Shown: positions 1 to 10,469, counted from the stretch's first letter. The stretch: DNA of 64,000 bases from Deltaproteobacteria bacterium (GCA_016219005.1 JACRCN010000084.1:73042-137041); one strand, 5' to 3'. Numbers and translations: made by a program. Notes: generated by a model from the letters alone, not told the origin.

Positions 1-635
1 TGTCACAGACCAAGCCTTCCCTGCATTACGTGGAAAAGCACTCCGGCCTGAAGGGCTACATCCTGAGGCCCATGAGCGCCAAGCTGCTTCCGGAAACCAT
101 CCCGGAGCAAAACGGCCAGGTGGACCGGGAAAAACTCCTGGCCATCAGCGGCAGGGGCCGCAAGGATCAAATCCGCCTGGCCGAGAGGTTCGGGCTCACC
201 GACTACCCGGCCCCGGCCGGCGGGTGCCTGCTCGCCGAGAAAGGGTTCAGCGTGCGGCTGAGGGACCTGTTCGAGCACCAGGGCGACTGCACCGAGGAAG
301 AGGTGCATCTGCTGAAGTTCGGCCGGCACTTCCGGTTGACCCCCCGCGCCAAGCTGATCGTCGGCCGCACCGAACAAGACAACGCAAGCATCCTGACCTA
401 TCACAATTGCGAGCGGGATGTGGTGATCGACGTCAAGGACCACCCCGGCCCCGTCGGCCTGCTGCCGGGTGGTGCGGATGAGAGCAGCCTCCTGCTTGCC
501 GCCGCCATCTGCGTCGGCTACAGCAAGGCCCCCAAACTGTCGCCGGTGCAGGTGGCCGTGAAGCGGCCCGCGGGCGAGACGACCATCCAGGTCATCGCCA
601 TCCCGCCCGAGGATGTGCGGAAGCTGATGATATAA
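1..635 (+). CDS. C-terminal part of a PP-loop/ATP-pyrophosphatase-type (ThiI/tRNA-thiolation-like) protein; 5' end lies off the window
   Basis: The frame is open from the window edge to the stop at 633-635. The motif 'DYPAPAGGCLL' and the overall look recall PP-loop family proteins. The assignment is from memory only. Confidence 0.35.
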   Translation, partial: SQTKPSLHYVEKHSGLKGYILRPMSAKLLPETIPEQNGQVDREKLLAISGRGRKDQIRLAERFGLTDYPAPAGGCLLAEKGFSVRLRDLFEHQGDCTEEEVHLLKFGRHFRLTPRAKLIVGRTEQDNASILTYHNCERDVVIDVKDHPGPVGLLPGGADESSLLLAAAICVGYSKAPKLSPVQVAVKRPAGETTIQVIAIPPEDVRKLMI

Positions 636-673
636 AAAAAGACCTTCGAAGCTCAGAGCTGGAAGATCGAAGG
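634..673 (-). terminator. Rho-independent terminator candidate downstream of rlmN
   Basis: Stem CCTTCGA (643-649) pairs with TCGAAGG (667-673). On the minus strand the hairpin is followed by a T-run (the A-run at 634-640 on plus). Confidence 0.5.
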
Positions 674-774
674 AACAGATTGAAAATCGGCCCAGCCTTC
701 AGCCTCGCGTTTCTGGCCCGGAGTTGTGCCACGCAGCGCCTGCGCGCTGAAGTGCAACGCCGGAATTGGGTTGT

Positions 775-1872
775 TCACGAAGCCTCCGAGCTTCGGGCGC
801 GCAGCTGTCCGCAGGCGGCGGAAATGTCCCCGCCTTTGCTCTGGCGGATGATGACGGTGTAGTGTTTTTGGAGCAGCACCTCCCGGAAGGCCAGGATGGC
901 CTCCTCCGCCGGGCGTTCAAATCCGCTGCCCGCGTGGGGGTTGAAGGGGATGAGGTTGACCTTGCAGCGAATGCCCCGCAGCAGTCGGGCAAGCTTGCGG
1001 GCGTCCTGGGGCGAGTCGTTGACCCCCTGGATCAGGATGTACTCGAAGGTGATGCGACGGCCGGCCGGCAGGGGGTAGTTGCGGCAGGCCTCGAGCAGTT
1101 CCTCCAAAGGATACTTGCGGTTGATGGGCATGAGTCGGCTGCGGGTCACGCTGTCCACCGCGTTCAGGGACACGGCGATGTTCACCTTGGTGCGGCGGCC
1201 GAATTCCACCATCTTCGGCACCAGACCCGCGGTGGACACCGTCACGTGCCGGGTCGAAAACCCCAGGCCCGCGTCGGCGTCGGTGATGATCCCCAGGGCG
1301 CTCATGAGGTTTGAAAAGTTGGCCAGCGGCTCGCCCATGCCCATGAACACGAGGTTGGAGAGCCGGCCCGGCTCGGGCAGGTCGTGGCGCACGTCGCGGA
1401 CCTGGGCGAGGATCTCCCCCGGAGTGAGGTTTCGAATCAACCGGCCCTGGGCGGTGAGGCAAAAGCGGCAGTCCTGGGCGCAGCCCACCTGGCTCGAGAC
1501 GCACAGCGTGGAGTGGTCGCGCTCCGGGATGAGGACACTTTCGATGCTATTTCCATCGGCCAGTCCGAACAGGTACTTGCGGGTGCCGTCCGCGGAGGTT
1601 TCAACCGCCCTGCGCTCCAGGCGTTTAAGCGTGAAGTGCTGCGGCAGAAGGGCGCGGATATCCTTGGACAGGTCCGTCATTTCGTCGAAGCTGTCCAACT
1701 GGCGCAGGTAGATCCAACGCAGGATCTGTCCCGCCCGGTAAGGGGCGATGCCGTGCTCCTCCAGCCAGGCTGCGAGCTGCGCGCGCGAGAGGTCCAGGAT
1801 GTCGCCTGGCCCGGGTCCGGTGGTCATGGTCTTGGTGCGCTCCGGTTGCAATGCTCTTTCGTTCACGATCAA
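775..1872 (-). CDS. rlmN: 23S rRNA/tRNA adenine-C2 methyltransferase RlmN (radical SAM)
   Basis: Radical-SAM motif 'GCAQDCRFCLT', plus 'GMGEPLAN' and a C-terminal 'ACGQL'. The start is uncertain: TTG at 1872 or ATG at 1827. Confidence 0.9.
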   Translation of the reverse strand: MIVNERALQPERTKTMTTGPGPGDILDLSRAQLAAWLEEHGIAPYRAGQILRWIYLRQLDSFDEMTDLSKDIRALLPQHFTLKRLERRAVETSADGTRKYLFGLADGNSIESVLIPERDHSTLCVSSQVGCAQDCRFCLTAQGRLIRNLTPGEILAQVRDVRHDLPEPGRLSNLVFMGMGEPLANFSNLMSALGIITDADAGLGFSTRHVTVSTAGLVPKMVEFGRRTKVNIAVSLNAVDSVTRSRLMPINRKYPLEELLEACRNYPLPAGRRITFEYILIQGVNDSPQDARKLARLLRGIRCKVNLIPFNPHAGSGFERPAEEAILAFREVLLQKHYTVIIRQSKGGDISAACGQLRARSSEAS

Positions 1873-1976
1873 AATAGGGTATAGAGAGCGGCAGGGCCCT
1901 GCCGCTCTCGCCCCTGCGGGTTGTTAGGATCCCTCCAACCCGGCAGCATGAATCTTTCCCGCCGATCATCTTTTTG

Positions 1977-2005
1977 TTGACATAGCACCGATGGAATTGT
2001 AATTT
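1977..2005 (+). promoter_or_regulatory. Sigma-70-type promoter candidate for ffh
   Basis: TTGACA (1977-1982), a 17-nt spacer, then TAATTT (2000-2005), about 30 nt upstream of the ffh start. Confidence 0.4.
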
Positions 2006-2032
2006 CAAGAATTTGTAAAGCATGGGCAACGC

Positions 2033-3358
2033 GTGATGTTCGAGAACCTCAGCGACAAACTTGAATCCGCCTTCAAGAAGCTCCGGGGGCACGGCAAGCT
2101 CGACGAGAAGAATATCGATGAGGGCCTCAAAGAGGTCCGCATGGCGCTTCTCGAAGCCGACGTCCACTACCGGGTCGTGAAAAGCTTTATCGAAGGCGTC
2201 CGCAGCCGTGCCCTGGGGCAGGAGGTGATGGGCAGCCTCACCCCCGGCCAGCAGGTGGTCAAGATTGTCAACGAGAAGCTCACCGAGCTGATGGGCTCGC
2301 GTCACGAAGAGCTGAACCTGGCGGGGGTGGCGCCCGCATCCGTGATGCTGGTGGGGCTGCAGGGCTCCGGCAAGACCACCACCGCCGGCAAGCTGGCGGT
2401 CCTGCTGCGGAAGAAGGGCCGGCGGCCATTCCTGGTACCGGCGGACGTCTACCGCCCGGCGGCCATCGACCAGCTCAAGACCATCGGCGAGCAGGTCGGG
2501 GTGCCGGTGTTTCCGTCCGCGACGGGCCAGGACCCGGTGCAGATCTGCCTGAACGCCAAGGCGGCGGCGTTCCAGAACAGTTGCGACACCCTGGTGCTCG
2601 ACACCGCCGGCCGGCTGCACATCGACGAGGAGCTCATGACCGAGCTCGGCCGCATTAAAGATGCCATGCGGCCCTCGGACATTCTGCTCGTCGCCGACGC
2701 CATGACCGGCCAGGATGCGGTCAACATCGCCGCGGCTTTCAACGAGCGGCTGGACATCGGCGGCGTTGTGCTGACCAAGATGGATGGCGATGCCCGCGGC
2801 GGCGCGGCCTTGTCCATCAAGTCCATCACCGGCAAGCCGATCAAGTTCGTCGGCGTCGGCGAAAAGCTGAGCGCCCTGGAGCCGTTCCACCCCGAGCGGA
2901 TGGCCGCGAGCATTCTCGGGATGGGGGACGTGCTCGGCTTGATCGAGAAGGCCCAGGCGGTGGTGGACGAGAAGAAGGCCGCCGAACTCGAAAAGAAACT
3001 GCGCAAGAGCCAGTTCAGCCTGGAGGACTTCCGGGACCAACTGGTACAGGTGCGCAAGATGGGCTCCCTGTCGGACATTCTGAAGATGGTCCCGGGGATG
3101 GGCAAAATCAAGCATCTCAAGAACCTCGAGATCGATGACCGCGAGTTCGTCAGGATCGAAGCCATCATCAATTCCATGACGGCCCAGGAGCGCCGGAAGT
3201 ACGCCATCATAAACGGCAGCCGCCGCCGCCGGATTGCCACGGGCAGCGGGACGCGGGTCCAGGACGTCAACAACCTGTTGAAAAACTACACCCAGATGTT
3301 GAAAATGCTGAAAAAGATCAACCAAGGCGGCATCCGCAGGGGGATGCTGCCGTTTTGA
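2033..3358 (+). CDS. ffh: Signal recognition particle protein Ffh
   Basis: N-terminal 'MFENLSDKL', P-loop 'GLQGSGKTTTAGKLA', 'DTAGR', and a Met-rich M domain. The true start is probably the ATG at 2036. Confidence 0.95.
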   Translation: MMFENLSDKLESAFKKLRGHGKLDEKNIDEGLKEVRMALLEADVHYRVVKSFIEGVRSRALGQEVMGSLTPGQQVVKIVNEKLTELMGSRHEELNLAGVAPASVMLVGLQGSGKTTTAGKLAVLLRKKGRRPFLVPADVYRPAAIDQLKTIGEQVGVPVFPSATGQDPVQICLNAKAAAFQNSCDTLVLDTAGRLHIDEELMTELGRIKDAMRPSDILLVADAMTGQDAVNIAAAFNERLDIGGVVLTKMDGDARGGAALSIKSITGKPIKFVGVGEKLSALEPFHPERMAASILGMGDVLGLIEKAQAVVDEKKAAELEKKLRKSQFSLEDFRDQLVQVRKMGSLSDILKMVPGMGKIKHLKNLEIDDREFVRIEAIINSMTAQERRKYAIINGSRRRRIATGSGTRVQDVNNLLKNYTQMLKMLKKINQGGIRRGMLPF

Positions 3359-3373
3359 AGGAGAATGCACGAC

Positions 3374-3628
3374 ATGGCAGTTAAAATCAGACTGGCCCGA
3401 CACGGTGCCAAGAAAAAACCCTATTACCGGATCGTGGTCGCCGACAGCGAGAGCCCGCGGGACGGACGGTTTTTGGAAAACGTGGGGACCTATGACCCCC
3501 AGTTCAACCCGGTCAAGCTGACCGTGAAGCCGGAGCGGGTGCGCTACTGGCTGGACAAAGGGGCCACCCCCACCGACACGGTCAGGACTCTTTTAAGAAA
3601 AGAAGGGGTGCTGGCCCGCAAGGCTTAG
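3374..3628 (+). CDS. rpsP: 30S ribosomal protein S16
   Basis: '[22 protein letters not shown]'. An AAGGAG sits about 10 nt upstream of the ATG at 3374. Confidence 0.95.
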   Translation: MAVKIRLARHGAKKKPYYRIVVADSESPRDGRFLENVGTYDPQFNPVKLTVKPERVRYWLDKGATPTDTVRTLLRKEGVLARKA

Positions 3629-3770
3629 CCGTTGCTTCAAGCCCCAGATCCGGTGACGGCGCCGCGACACCGTGCGCAGGCGTCTGAGTGTAGTTCGGGA
3701 TTTTGAAGCCGCTTTCGCTTGGGTCGATCCATTTCCGTTGCTTTCAGCCACCCGAAAAGGAGCCGGAGCC

Positions 3771-4001
3771 ATGAAAGAGCTGATCACCCGTATTGCACAG
3801 GCGTTGGTGGATAACCCGGACCAGGTCCTGGTCAGCGAGATCGAAGGAAACCAAACCACCGTTCTCGAGCTCAAGGTCGCCAAGGAGGATCTGGGCAAAG
3901 TCATCGGCAAGGAAGGCCGGAATGCCAGGGCCATGCGCACCATTCTCGGCGCCGCTTCGGCCAAGCTGAAGAAGCGCACGGTTCTGGAGATCCTCGAGTA
4001 G
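3771..4001 (+). CDS. KH-domain RNA-binding protein (YlqC/UPF0109 family)
   Basis: '[18 protein letters not shown]' KH motif and the conserved position between rpsP and rimM. The internal ATG at 3771 is preceded by AAGGAG. Confidence 0.8.
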   Translation: MKELITRIAQALVDNPDQVLVSEIEGNQTTVLELKVAKEDLGKVIGKEGRNARAMRTILGAASAKLKKRTVLEILE

Positions 4002-4526
4002 ATGGTGCCGGATTCGCGCTATGTCCTCATAGGCCAGATCGTCGGAGTCCACGGCATGGGCGGCAACCTGAAACTGCGCTCTTACGCGGAGTCAGAGGAT
4101 ATTTTCGCGCCCGGCCGTTTGCTGCTGGCCGCCCGGGGCGACGGGACGGAGAAGATCTATGAGGTCAACTGGGTCCAGGCCCATGGGCGTACGATGTTGC
4201 TGTCCCTGAAAGGGGTTGCAGACCGCCGCCAGGCCGAGGACCTTGTCGGATGGGATCTGTTCATTGAAAAGGCGATGCTGCCGGAACTGGACCCCGGCAC
4301 GTACTATTGGGACGACTTGATCGGCATGGATGTCTACGACGGCAATGGCGTCCGCCTCGGCCGCCTCGAATCCATTTTTCGGACCGGCAGCAACGATGTC
4401 TACGTGGTGGCGGATGCCGGCCGGGAGCTCTTGGTCCCGGCAATCGCGTCGGTGGTGACGGCCGTCGACCTCACGGCGCGCCGCATCGACGTGAATCTGC
4501 CCGAGGGCCTGGAGTGGCAGGGCTGA
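4002..4526 (+). CDS. rimM: 16S rRNA processing protein RimM
   Basis: Size, synteny (rpsP-KH-rimM-trmD) and an N-terminal 'IGQIVGVHGMGGNLKL' typical of RimM. Confidence 0.85.
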   Translation: MVPDSRYVLIGQIVGVHGMGGNLKLRSYAESEDIFAPGRLLLAARGDGTEKIYEVNWVQAHGRTMLLSLKGVADRRQAEDLVGWDLFIEKAMLPELDPGTYYWDDLIGMDVYDGNGVRLGRLESIFRTGSNDVYVVADAGRELLVPAIASVVTAVDLTARRIDVNLPEGLEWQG

Positions 4527-4533
4527 GCGTCTC

Positions 4534-5325
4534 ATGCAGATCGCGGTGCTGACGATTTTTCCGGAGATGTTCGACCTCTTCTGGTCGCACGGCATCGTTC
4601 GCCGGGCCATCGAGCAGCAGATCGTCTCGGCGGCGGCCGTCAACATCCGGGACTTCGCCCCCGACAGGCACCACGTCACCGACGACCGGCCCTACGGCGG
4701 CGGATGCGGCATGGTGATGAAGCCCGAGCCGCTGGCGGGAGCCATTCGGGCTGCGCGCGAGAAGGCCCCCGGGGCGCGCACCATTCTAATGACGCCCCAG
4801 GGCCGCGTGTTCGCCCAGGCAGTGGCCGCCGAGTTGGCAGAGCTGCCGGGCCTTATCCTGGTATGCGGACGTTACGAGGGGGTGGACGACCGCCTCTACG
4901 GGACACTCATCGACGAGGAACTCTCGATCGGGGATTACGTTCTGACCGGTGGGGAACTGCCCGCCATGGTGGTGATCGATGCGGTGACGCGCCTCATCCC
5001 CGGCGCGCTGGGCGGAGAAGACTCCGCCGAGCGTGATTCCTTTTCCGCCGGGCGCCTGGAGCATGCGCACTACACGCGGCCGCCCGTGTTCGAGGAGTCC
5101 GAGGTCCCCGGGGTGCTGTTGACCGGGCACCACCGCAACATCGAGCGCTGGCGGCTTGCGTCGTCGCTGATGCGGACCTTTGTCAACCGGCCGGACCTCT
5201 TGCGGGACCGGCCGCTGACGGACGCGGAGGCGGCGGTGCTCCGGGGCTGGCACGCGGACATCGCGAGGCTTCTCGGCGATGACCGCGCGGCGGCGCCGGT
5301 CCGCCCGGGAAACGGGCAGCGATAG
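4534..5325 (+). CDS. trmD: tRNA (guanine37-N1)-methyltransferase TrmD
   Basis: 'VLTIFPEMF', 'LVCGRYEGVDDR', 'SIGDYVLTGGELPAMVVIDAV'. Confidence 0.92.
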   Translation: MQIAVLTIFPEMFDLFWSHGIVRRAIEQQIVSAAAVNIRDFAPDRHHVTDDRPYGGGCGMVMKPEPLAGAIRAAREKAPGARTILMTPQGRVFAQAVAAELAELPGLILVCGRYEGVDDRLYGTLIDEELSIGDYVLTGGELPAMVVIDAVTRLIPGALGGEDSAERDSFSAGRLEHAHYTRPPVFEESEVPGVLLTGHHRNIERWRLASSLMRTFVNRPDLLRDRPLTDAEAAVLRGWHADIARLLGDDRAAAPVRPGNGQR

Positions 5326-5886
5326 ATGCCCCGGCTCTACATGGCGCTGGTGCATTATCCGGTGGTGAACCGCAAGGGTGAGGTCATCGCCTCGGCGCTG
5401 ACCAACCTCGACCTGCACGACATCGCCCGGGCGGCGAAGACGTTCGGGGTGCAGGCGTACTTTGTGGTTACCCCGCTGGACGACCAGCGGATTTTCGCCG
5501 GGCGGATTGTGGCCCACTGGACGACGGGCCCGGGTGCGGAACTGGTGCCCGACCGGCGTCGGGCCTTGGAACTGGTGCGGGTGACGGGGTCGATCGAGGA
5601 GGTCATCGACGCCATCGCGGGCATCGAAGGCGAACGACCGCTGGTGGTTGCCACCTGCGCCCGGCCGCAGCCCGCCGCCATCGATTGCGCGGCGCTGCGC
5701 GCCACGGTCGCGGGCGGGCGACCGTGTCTCCTGGTGTTCGGCACCGCCTGGGGGCTGGCCCCCGAGGCGATTGCCGGCGCCGACCGCGTGTTGTTGCCGA
5801 TCGCCGGCGCGGCCGACTACAATCACCTGGCGGTGCGCTCGGCCGCGGCGATCGTGCTGGATCGCTTGTTGGGAGAACGCAATTAG
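5326..5886 (+). CDS. Small conserved protein between trmD and rplS, probably a SAM-dependent RNA methyltransferase-like (SPOUT-like) protein
   Basis: The start abuts the trmD stop. '[29 protein letters not shown]' resembles the predicted RNA-methyltransferase family seen at this locus in other genomes (from memory). Confidence 0.45.
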   Translation: MPRLYMALVHYPVVNRKGEVIASALTNLDLHDIARAAKTFGVQAYFVVTPLDDQRIFAGRIVAHWTTGPGAELVPDRRRALELVRVTGSIEEVIDAIAGIEGERPLVVATCARPQPAAIDCAALRATVAGGRPCLLVFGTAWGLAPEAIAGADRVLLPIAGAADYNHLAVRSAAAIVLDRLLGERN

Positions 5887-5954
5887 ATGACTTCGTAACA
5901 ACTCCATTTGGCAAACTTATCTTACATCTGAAAAGAATCGGTATAGGAGGAACC

Positions 5955-6302
5955 ATGAACAAGATTGAATTGCTCGAACGCGAACAGATACGGATGGACT
6001 TGCCCCATTTCATCCCGGGCGACACGGTCAAAGTCCACGTGAAGATAAAAGAGGGTGAAAAGGAACGTGTCCAGGCCTTTCAGGGTGTCGTGATCGCCAA
6101 GCACAAAGGCGGCACCAGCGCCACCTTCACGGTGCGCAAGGTCTCTTACGGCGTCGGGGTCGAGCGCATCTTTCCGATGCACTCGCCTACGATCGACCGG
6201 GTTGAAATCATCACGCGCGGCCGCGTGCGCCGCGGCAAGCTGTATTACCTGCGCAACCTCAGGGGCAAAGCCGCGCGCATCCGAGAAAGGCGCGTCAGCT
6301 GA
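5955..6302 (+). CDS. rplS: 50S ribosomal protein L19
   Basis: '[30 protein letters not shown]'. AGGAGG at 5945-5950 precedes the ATG at 5955. Confidence 0.95.
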   Translation: MNKIELLEREQIRMDLPHFIPGDTVKVHVKIKEGEKERVQAFQGVVIAKHKGGTSATFTVRKVSYGVGVERIFPMHSPTIDRVEIITRGRVRRGKLYYLRNLRGKAARIRERRVS

Positions 6303-6366
6303 CGAGCGGAGGCGGATGCCGCGGGCGGAGTGCGCGCTGCGGCGTCCCTGCCTCGGGTTGACCGCC

Positions 6367-6996
6367 ATGGATCGGTGGAGTTACGAAAATCGGGCTGCGC
6401 TGAAAGGCCACCGCCGCATCGCCGGGACCGACGAGGTCGGACGGGGCCCGTTGGCCGGCCCGGTGGTCGCCGCCGCCGTCATCCTGCCGGCGGGGTTTCC
6501 GGATGAGCACGTCGTCGACTCGAAGAAACTCACGCCATCCCAGCGTGAGCGCCTCTACGGCGTTATTTACCGCCATGCCGTCTCCGTCGGGATCGGCATC
6601 ATCGATGCACTGGAGATCGACCGCATCAACATCCTGCAGGCCTCGCTCCAGGCCATGGCCATGGCGGTGAACAACCTCAGCCCACGCCCCGACTACCTCC
6701 TCATCGACGGCACCTTCCCGATACCGGTCCCGCAGCCCCAGGAGCCGATAGCGAAGGGCGACGTTCTGAGTGTCTCCATCGCCGCCGCCTCCATCGTCGC
6801 CAAGGTTACGCGGGACCGACTGATGGGCGTCTACCACTTGTATTACCCGGACTTCGGTTTCGCCCGCCATAAAGGCTACCCCACCCGGGAGCACCAGGCG
6901 GCGATCTGCCGCTTGGGCTGTTCCCCCATTCACCGGCGCACGTTCCGGGGCGTGCGGGAGCATCTGACGGCGCGTCCACCGGTTCGTTCATGCTGA
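6367..6996 (+). CDS. rnhB: Ribonuclease HII
   Basis: 'IAGTDEVGRGPLAGPVVAAAV' and 'DSKKLT'. The internal ATG at 6367 gives a normal length. Confidence 0.9.
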   Translation: MDRWSYENRAALKGHRRIAGTDEVGRGPLAGPVVAAAVILPAGFPDEHVVDSKKLTPSQRERLYGVIYRHAVSVGIGIIDALEIDRINILQASLQAMAMAVNNLSPRPDYLLIDGTFPIPVPQPQEPIAKGDVLSVSIAAASIVAKVTRDRLMGVYHLYYPDFGFARHKGYPTREHQAAICRLGCSPIHRRTFRGVREHLTARPPVRSC

Positions 6997-7361
6997 ACCT
7001 CCGGCAGCAATACGGCGCGCAGAGCGAGTCCTTGGCCGCCCGGCTGCTCAAACGGCGTGGCTACGCGATCCTGGAAACCAATTACCGTACCCCCTTGGGC
7101 GAGATCGACATCATCGCCCGGGACCGGGACACCATCGTGTTCGTCGAGGTCAAAGCCCGTCGCTCCCTCGGGTTCGGGGGCCCGAAATGGGCGGTCACGC
7201 CGAAAAAGCAGCGCAAAATATCCATGGTGGCCCTCTACTACCTCAAGACCACACGGCAGAGCCAGGCCAAGGCCCGTTTCGACGTCGTGGCCATCCGCTC
7301 CCTGACGGAGCCGCCTCAGGTGGAAATCATTCAGAATGCCTTCGACCTGCTCTACGGATAA
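6990..7361 (+). CDS. yraN: YraN-family (UPF0102) endonuclease-like protein
   Basis: 'GEIDIIARDRDTIVFVEVKAR'. It overlaps the rnhB stop. Confidence 0.8.
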   Translation: MLNLRQQYGAQSESLAARLLKRRGYAILETNYRTPLGEIDIIARDRDTIVFVEVKARRSLGFGGPKWAVTPKKQRKISMVALYYLKTTRQSQAKARFDVVAIRSLTEPPQVEIIQNAFDLLYG

Positions 7362-8232
7362 CCGCGGCCTCACGCCGGAGGCCGGGGTGCTCTACGTGGT
7401 GGCAACCCCCATCGGGAACCTGGAGGACATCACCCTGCGGGCCCTGGCCGTGCTGCGATCGGCGGATCTCGTCGCGGCCGAGGATACCCGCAAGACCGCG
7501 CAGTTGCTCAGCCGTCACGGCATCACGAAATCCCTGGTATCCTATCATGACCACAACGAGAGCCGGCGCACCCCGGAGCTGATGCAGCGGCTGCAGCGGG
7601 GGGCCTCGATCGCGCTCGTTTCGAACGCCGGTACCCCGGGGATATCCGACCCGGGTTACCGGCTGGTGTCCGCGGCGGCCGAGGCCGGCCTCCGGATCGT
7701 TCCCGTGCCCGGGGCATCGGCCGCCGCCGCCGCCCTATCGGCCTCGGGCCTGCCCACGGACGCCTTCGTGTTCGTGGGGTTTCTGTCCAAGAAGGCCGGC
7801 AAACGCCTGACCCAGATAAAGGCGCTTGCCTCGGAGGTGCGAACCGTCATATTATATGAATCGCCCCAGCGCATCGTCGCGCTGGTGGCCGAGTTGCGGC
7901 AAGCCCTCGGTGACCGGCGCGCGGTGCTGGCCCGGGAGCTGACTAAAATCCACGAGGAGTTCATCCGGGGCCGGCTGAGCGGGATTCTCGAAACGCTCCA
8001 GGACCGGCCCGAGGTCAAGGGCGAGTGCACGCTGCTCCTGTCGGGCGCGGAGCCGCGGGAGACGCCGGCCTGGGATGAAGCCCGCGAGGATATCCGGCGG
8101 GCGCTGGAATTGGCCTCCGGCGGGCTTTCCGAACTGGCGCGAGAACTGGCACACAAGCACGGGCTGCCGCGCAAGGCGGTCTATGCGGAAGCGATGCGGA
8201 TCAAAGCGGAGCGGATAAAGACAGACGGCTGA
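7336..8232 (+). CDS. rsmI: 16S rRNA (cytidine1402-2'-O)-methyltransferase RsmI
   Basis: 'LYVVATPIGNLEDITLRAL', 'AEDTR' and a tetrapyrrole-methylase-like fold signature. The exact start is uncertain. Confidence 0.88.
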   Translation: MPSTCSTDNRGLTPEAGVLYVVATPIGNLEDITLRALAVLRSADLVAAEDTRKTAQLLSRHGITKSLVSYHDHNESRRTPELMQRLQRGASIALVSNAGTPGISDPGYRLVSAAAEAGLRIVPVPGASAAAAALSASGLPTDAFVFVGFLSKKAGKRLTQIKALASEVRTVILYESPQRIVALVAELRQALGDRRAVLARELTKIHEEFIRGRLSGILETLQDRPEVKGECTLLLSGAEPRETPAWDEAREDIRRALELASGGLSELARELAHKHGLPRKAVYAEAMRIKAERIKTDG

Positions 8233-8254
8233 AACGACCAATTCATCGATCCGA

Positions 8255-10468
8255 TTGGAAATGAAAGGGAGGAGTATGGAAAACGATTCATCGATTAACC
8301 CGTTGGATGCCATTTTTGCGCCGAAATCCGTGGCAGTGATCGGTGCCTCGACCACGCCCGGAAAAGTCGGTCACGACATTTTCGTCAACATCCTGAAAGG
8401 GGGATACAACGGCACTCTTTACCCCATCAACCCCAGCGCTCGGTCCATCTCCAGCGTCAGGGCCTACAAGTCCCTGACGGAGATCCCCGACGAGATCGAC
8501 CTCGGGATCGTCATCCTGCCGCCGAAGGCCGCGCTGCAGTCCGTCCAGGAGGCCGTGGCAAAGGGAGTCAAGGGCATCGTCATCGTTTCGGCCGGGTTCC
8601 GCGAGATCGGCTCCGAGGGGCGCGCGATCGAGGACCGCCTCGTCGCCACCTGCCGCGAGGCAGGGGTGCGGCTGATCGGGCCGAACTGCCTCGGCGTCAT
8701 CAACCCGCTGCCGGCCGTGCAGTTGAACGCGAGCTTCTCCGCGCGCATGCCCAAGGCCGGCAACGTCTCGTTCATCTCCCAGAGCGGCGCGCTGTGCACG
8801 GCGGTTCTGGATTTTGCCGCCGACCGCAACTTCGGGTTCTCGAAGTTCATCTCCATCGGCAACAAGGCGGATGTCGACGAGCTGGACCTGCTGCGTTACC
8901 TGCACCAGGATCACGACACGGAAGTCATCTTGATTTACGTGGAGGAGCTGCGGCGGGGGCCCGAGTTCATCGAAGCCGTCAAGGAGATCACCTGCGGCGA
9001 CTACCGGCCCAAGCCGGTGCTCGTCATCAAGTCCGGCCGCACCAGCGCCGGCGCCCAGGCGGCGGCCTCCCACACGGGCTCGCTCGCCGGCACCGAGGGC
9101 GTCTACGATGCGATTTTCGTGCAGTCCGGCATCATCCGTGTCGCCTCGATCGACGAGCTCTTTGATTTCGCAACGGCCTTCGCCTACAAGAACGAAAGCG
9201 AGCTCGGCAAGATGCGCCGCAAGGTGCCGGCGGGAAACCGCGTGGCTATCGTCACCAACGCCGGCGGGCCGGGCATTGTCGCCACCGACATGACCATGTT
9301 TTCGGGGCTGCAGCTGGCCAAGTTCAAGGACGAGACGCTCGAAACCCTGGCGAGCCACCTGCCGAGCACCGCCAACCTGCACAATCCGGTGGACATCATC
9401 GGCGACGCGTCGATCGATCGCTACGAAAACGCGCTGGGTGCGGTCATCCGTGACGAGGGTGTGGACGGCGCGCTGGTGATCCTCACGCCGCAGTCCATGA
9501 CCGATGTCCTGGGCACGGCCGAGGCCATCGCGCGCATCGCCCGCAAGTCGTTCAAGCCGATCATGTGCTGCTTCATGGGGGTCATCGACGTTTCCCATGG
9601 CGTCAAATACCTCCAGGAGCACGGCATCCCCGTCTACCGGTTCCCCGAAAACGCCGCCAAGGCCTTCGGGGCGCTCTACCGCTACTCCAATTGGCTCAAC
9701 CGCCAGCACCTGGCGCAGTACAACTTGAAGTTCGACCGGGAGCGCGCCGCCAAGATCATCCAGGACTGCCTGGCGCGCGGCAAGAACCGGATCGGCGAAC
9801 TGGACGGGATCGGAATCCTCGAATCCTACGGGTTCAAGGTGCTGCCGACCCGGCTGGCAACTACCGGTGACGAAGCCGCCGCCATCGCCGCCGAAATGGG
9901 GTTTCCGGTGGTGATGAAAATCGTCTCGGAGCAGATCCTGCACAAGTCGGACGCCGGCGGGGTGATCGTCGGCTTGGCCACCGCCGCCGAGGTAAAGGAG
10001 GCCTTCGATACCATCCTCACCCGCGCCCGGGGTTACAAACCCGATGCCCAGATCGAGGGGGTGCTGGTCCAGAAGATGGCATCCGCCGGGACCGAGGTCA
10101 TCATGGGGCTGAACCGCTACCCCATCTTCGGACCGTTGCTGATGTTCGGCAGCGGCGGCATTTTCGTCGAGGTCTTCCAGGACGTGACCTTTCGCCTGGC
10201 GCCCATCGGCCGCAACGAGGCCCGCCGCATGGTGCGGGAGATCAAGGGCTACAAGCTCCTGCAGGGCTTCCGGGGCAAAGCGAAGGGGGATATCGAGTCC
10301 ATCGAGAAATGCCTGGTGAGTCTGTCGAATATGGCCATGAACCATCCGGAGATCGTGGAGCTCGACATCAACCCGCTCCTGGTGCACGCCGAGGGCCAAG
10401 CCGCCACCGCCGCCGACTGCCGGATGATCCTCAAGACCCCGGGAGGCGACCCGACGCCGGCGCATTAA
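8255..10468 (+). CDS. ADP-forming acetyl/acyl-CoA synthetase, fused alpha+beta (CoA-binding, ligase-CoA and ATP-grasp domains)
   Basis: 'VAVIGASTTPGKVG', 'GPNCLGVINP', 'SQSGAL', and a C-terminal ATP-grasp region ('FPVVMKIVSEQILHKSDAGGV'). No GNAT domain is present. The start is uncertain (8255 TTG or 8276 ATG). Confidence 0.85.
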   Translation: MEMKGRSMENDSSINPLDAIFAPKSVAVIGASTTPGKVGHDIFVNILKGGYNGTLYPINPSARSISSVRAYKSLTEIPDEIDLGIVILPPKAALQSVQEAVAKGVKGIVIVSAGFREIGSEGRAIEDRLVATCREAGVRLIGPNCLGVINPLPAVQLNASFSARMPKAGNVSFISQSGALCTAVLDFAADRNFGFSKFISIGNKADVDELDLLRYLHQDHDTEVILIYVEELRRGPEFIEAVKEITCGDYRPKPVLVIKSGRTSAGAQAAASHTGSLAGTEGVYDAIFVQSGIIRVASIDELFDFATAFAYKNESELGKMRRKVPAGNRVAIVTNAGGPGIVATDMTMFSGLQLAKFKDETLETLASHLPSTANLHNPVDIIGDASIDRYENALGAVIRDEGVDGALVILTPQSMTDVLGTAEAIARIARKSFKPIMCCFMGVIDVSHGVKYLQEHGIPVYRFPENAAKAFGALYRYSNWLNRQHLAQYNLKFDRERAAKIIQDCLARGKNRIGELDGIGILESYGFKVLPTRLATTGDEAAAIAAEMGFPVVMKIVSEQILHKSDAGGVIVGLATAAEVKEAFDTILTRARGYKPDAQIEGVLVQKMASAGTEVIMGLNRYPIFGPLLMFGSGGIFVEVFQDVTFRLAPIGRNEARRMVREIKGYKLLQGFRGKAKGDIESIEKCLVSLSNMAMNHPEIVELDINPLLVHAEGQAATAADCRMILKTPGGDPTPAH

Positions 10469-10469
10469 G

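Noticed and set aside
1625-3403. 592-aa minus-strand ORF spanning the ffh region
   Set aside because: It is antisense to ffh, which has unmistakable SRP54 motifs, and its translation is non-protein-like.
4786-5907. 373-aa minus-strand ORF across trmD and the following gene
   Set aside because: It is antisense to two syntenic, motif-bearing plus-strand genes and has no motifs of its own.
8288-10465. 725-aa minus-strand ORF antisense to the acyl-CoA synthetase gene
   Set aside because: It is the mirror ORF of a well-supported plus-strand gene. The translation is Arg/Gly/Asp/His-rich with no recognisable motifs, which is a typical high-GC antisense artefact.
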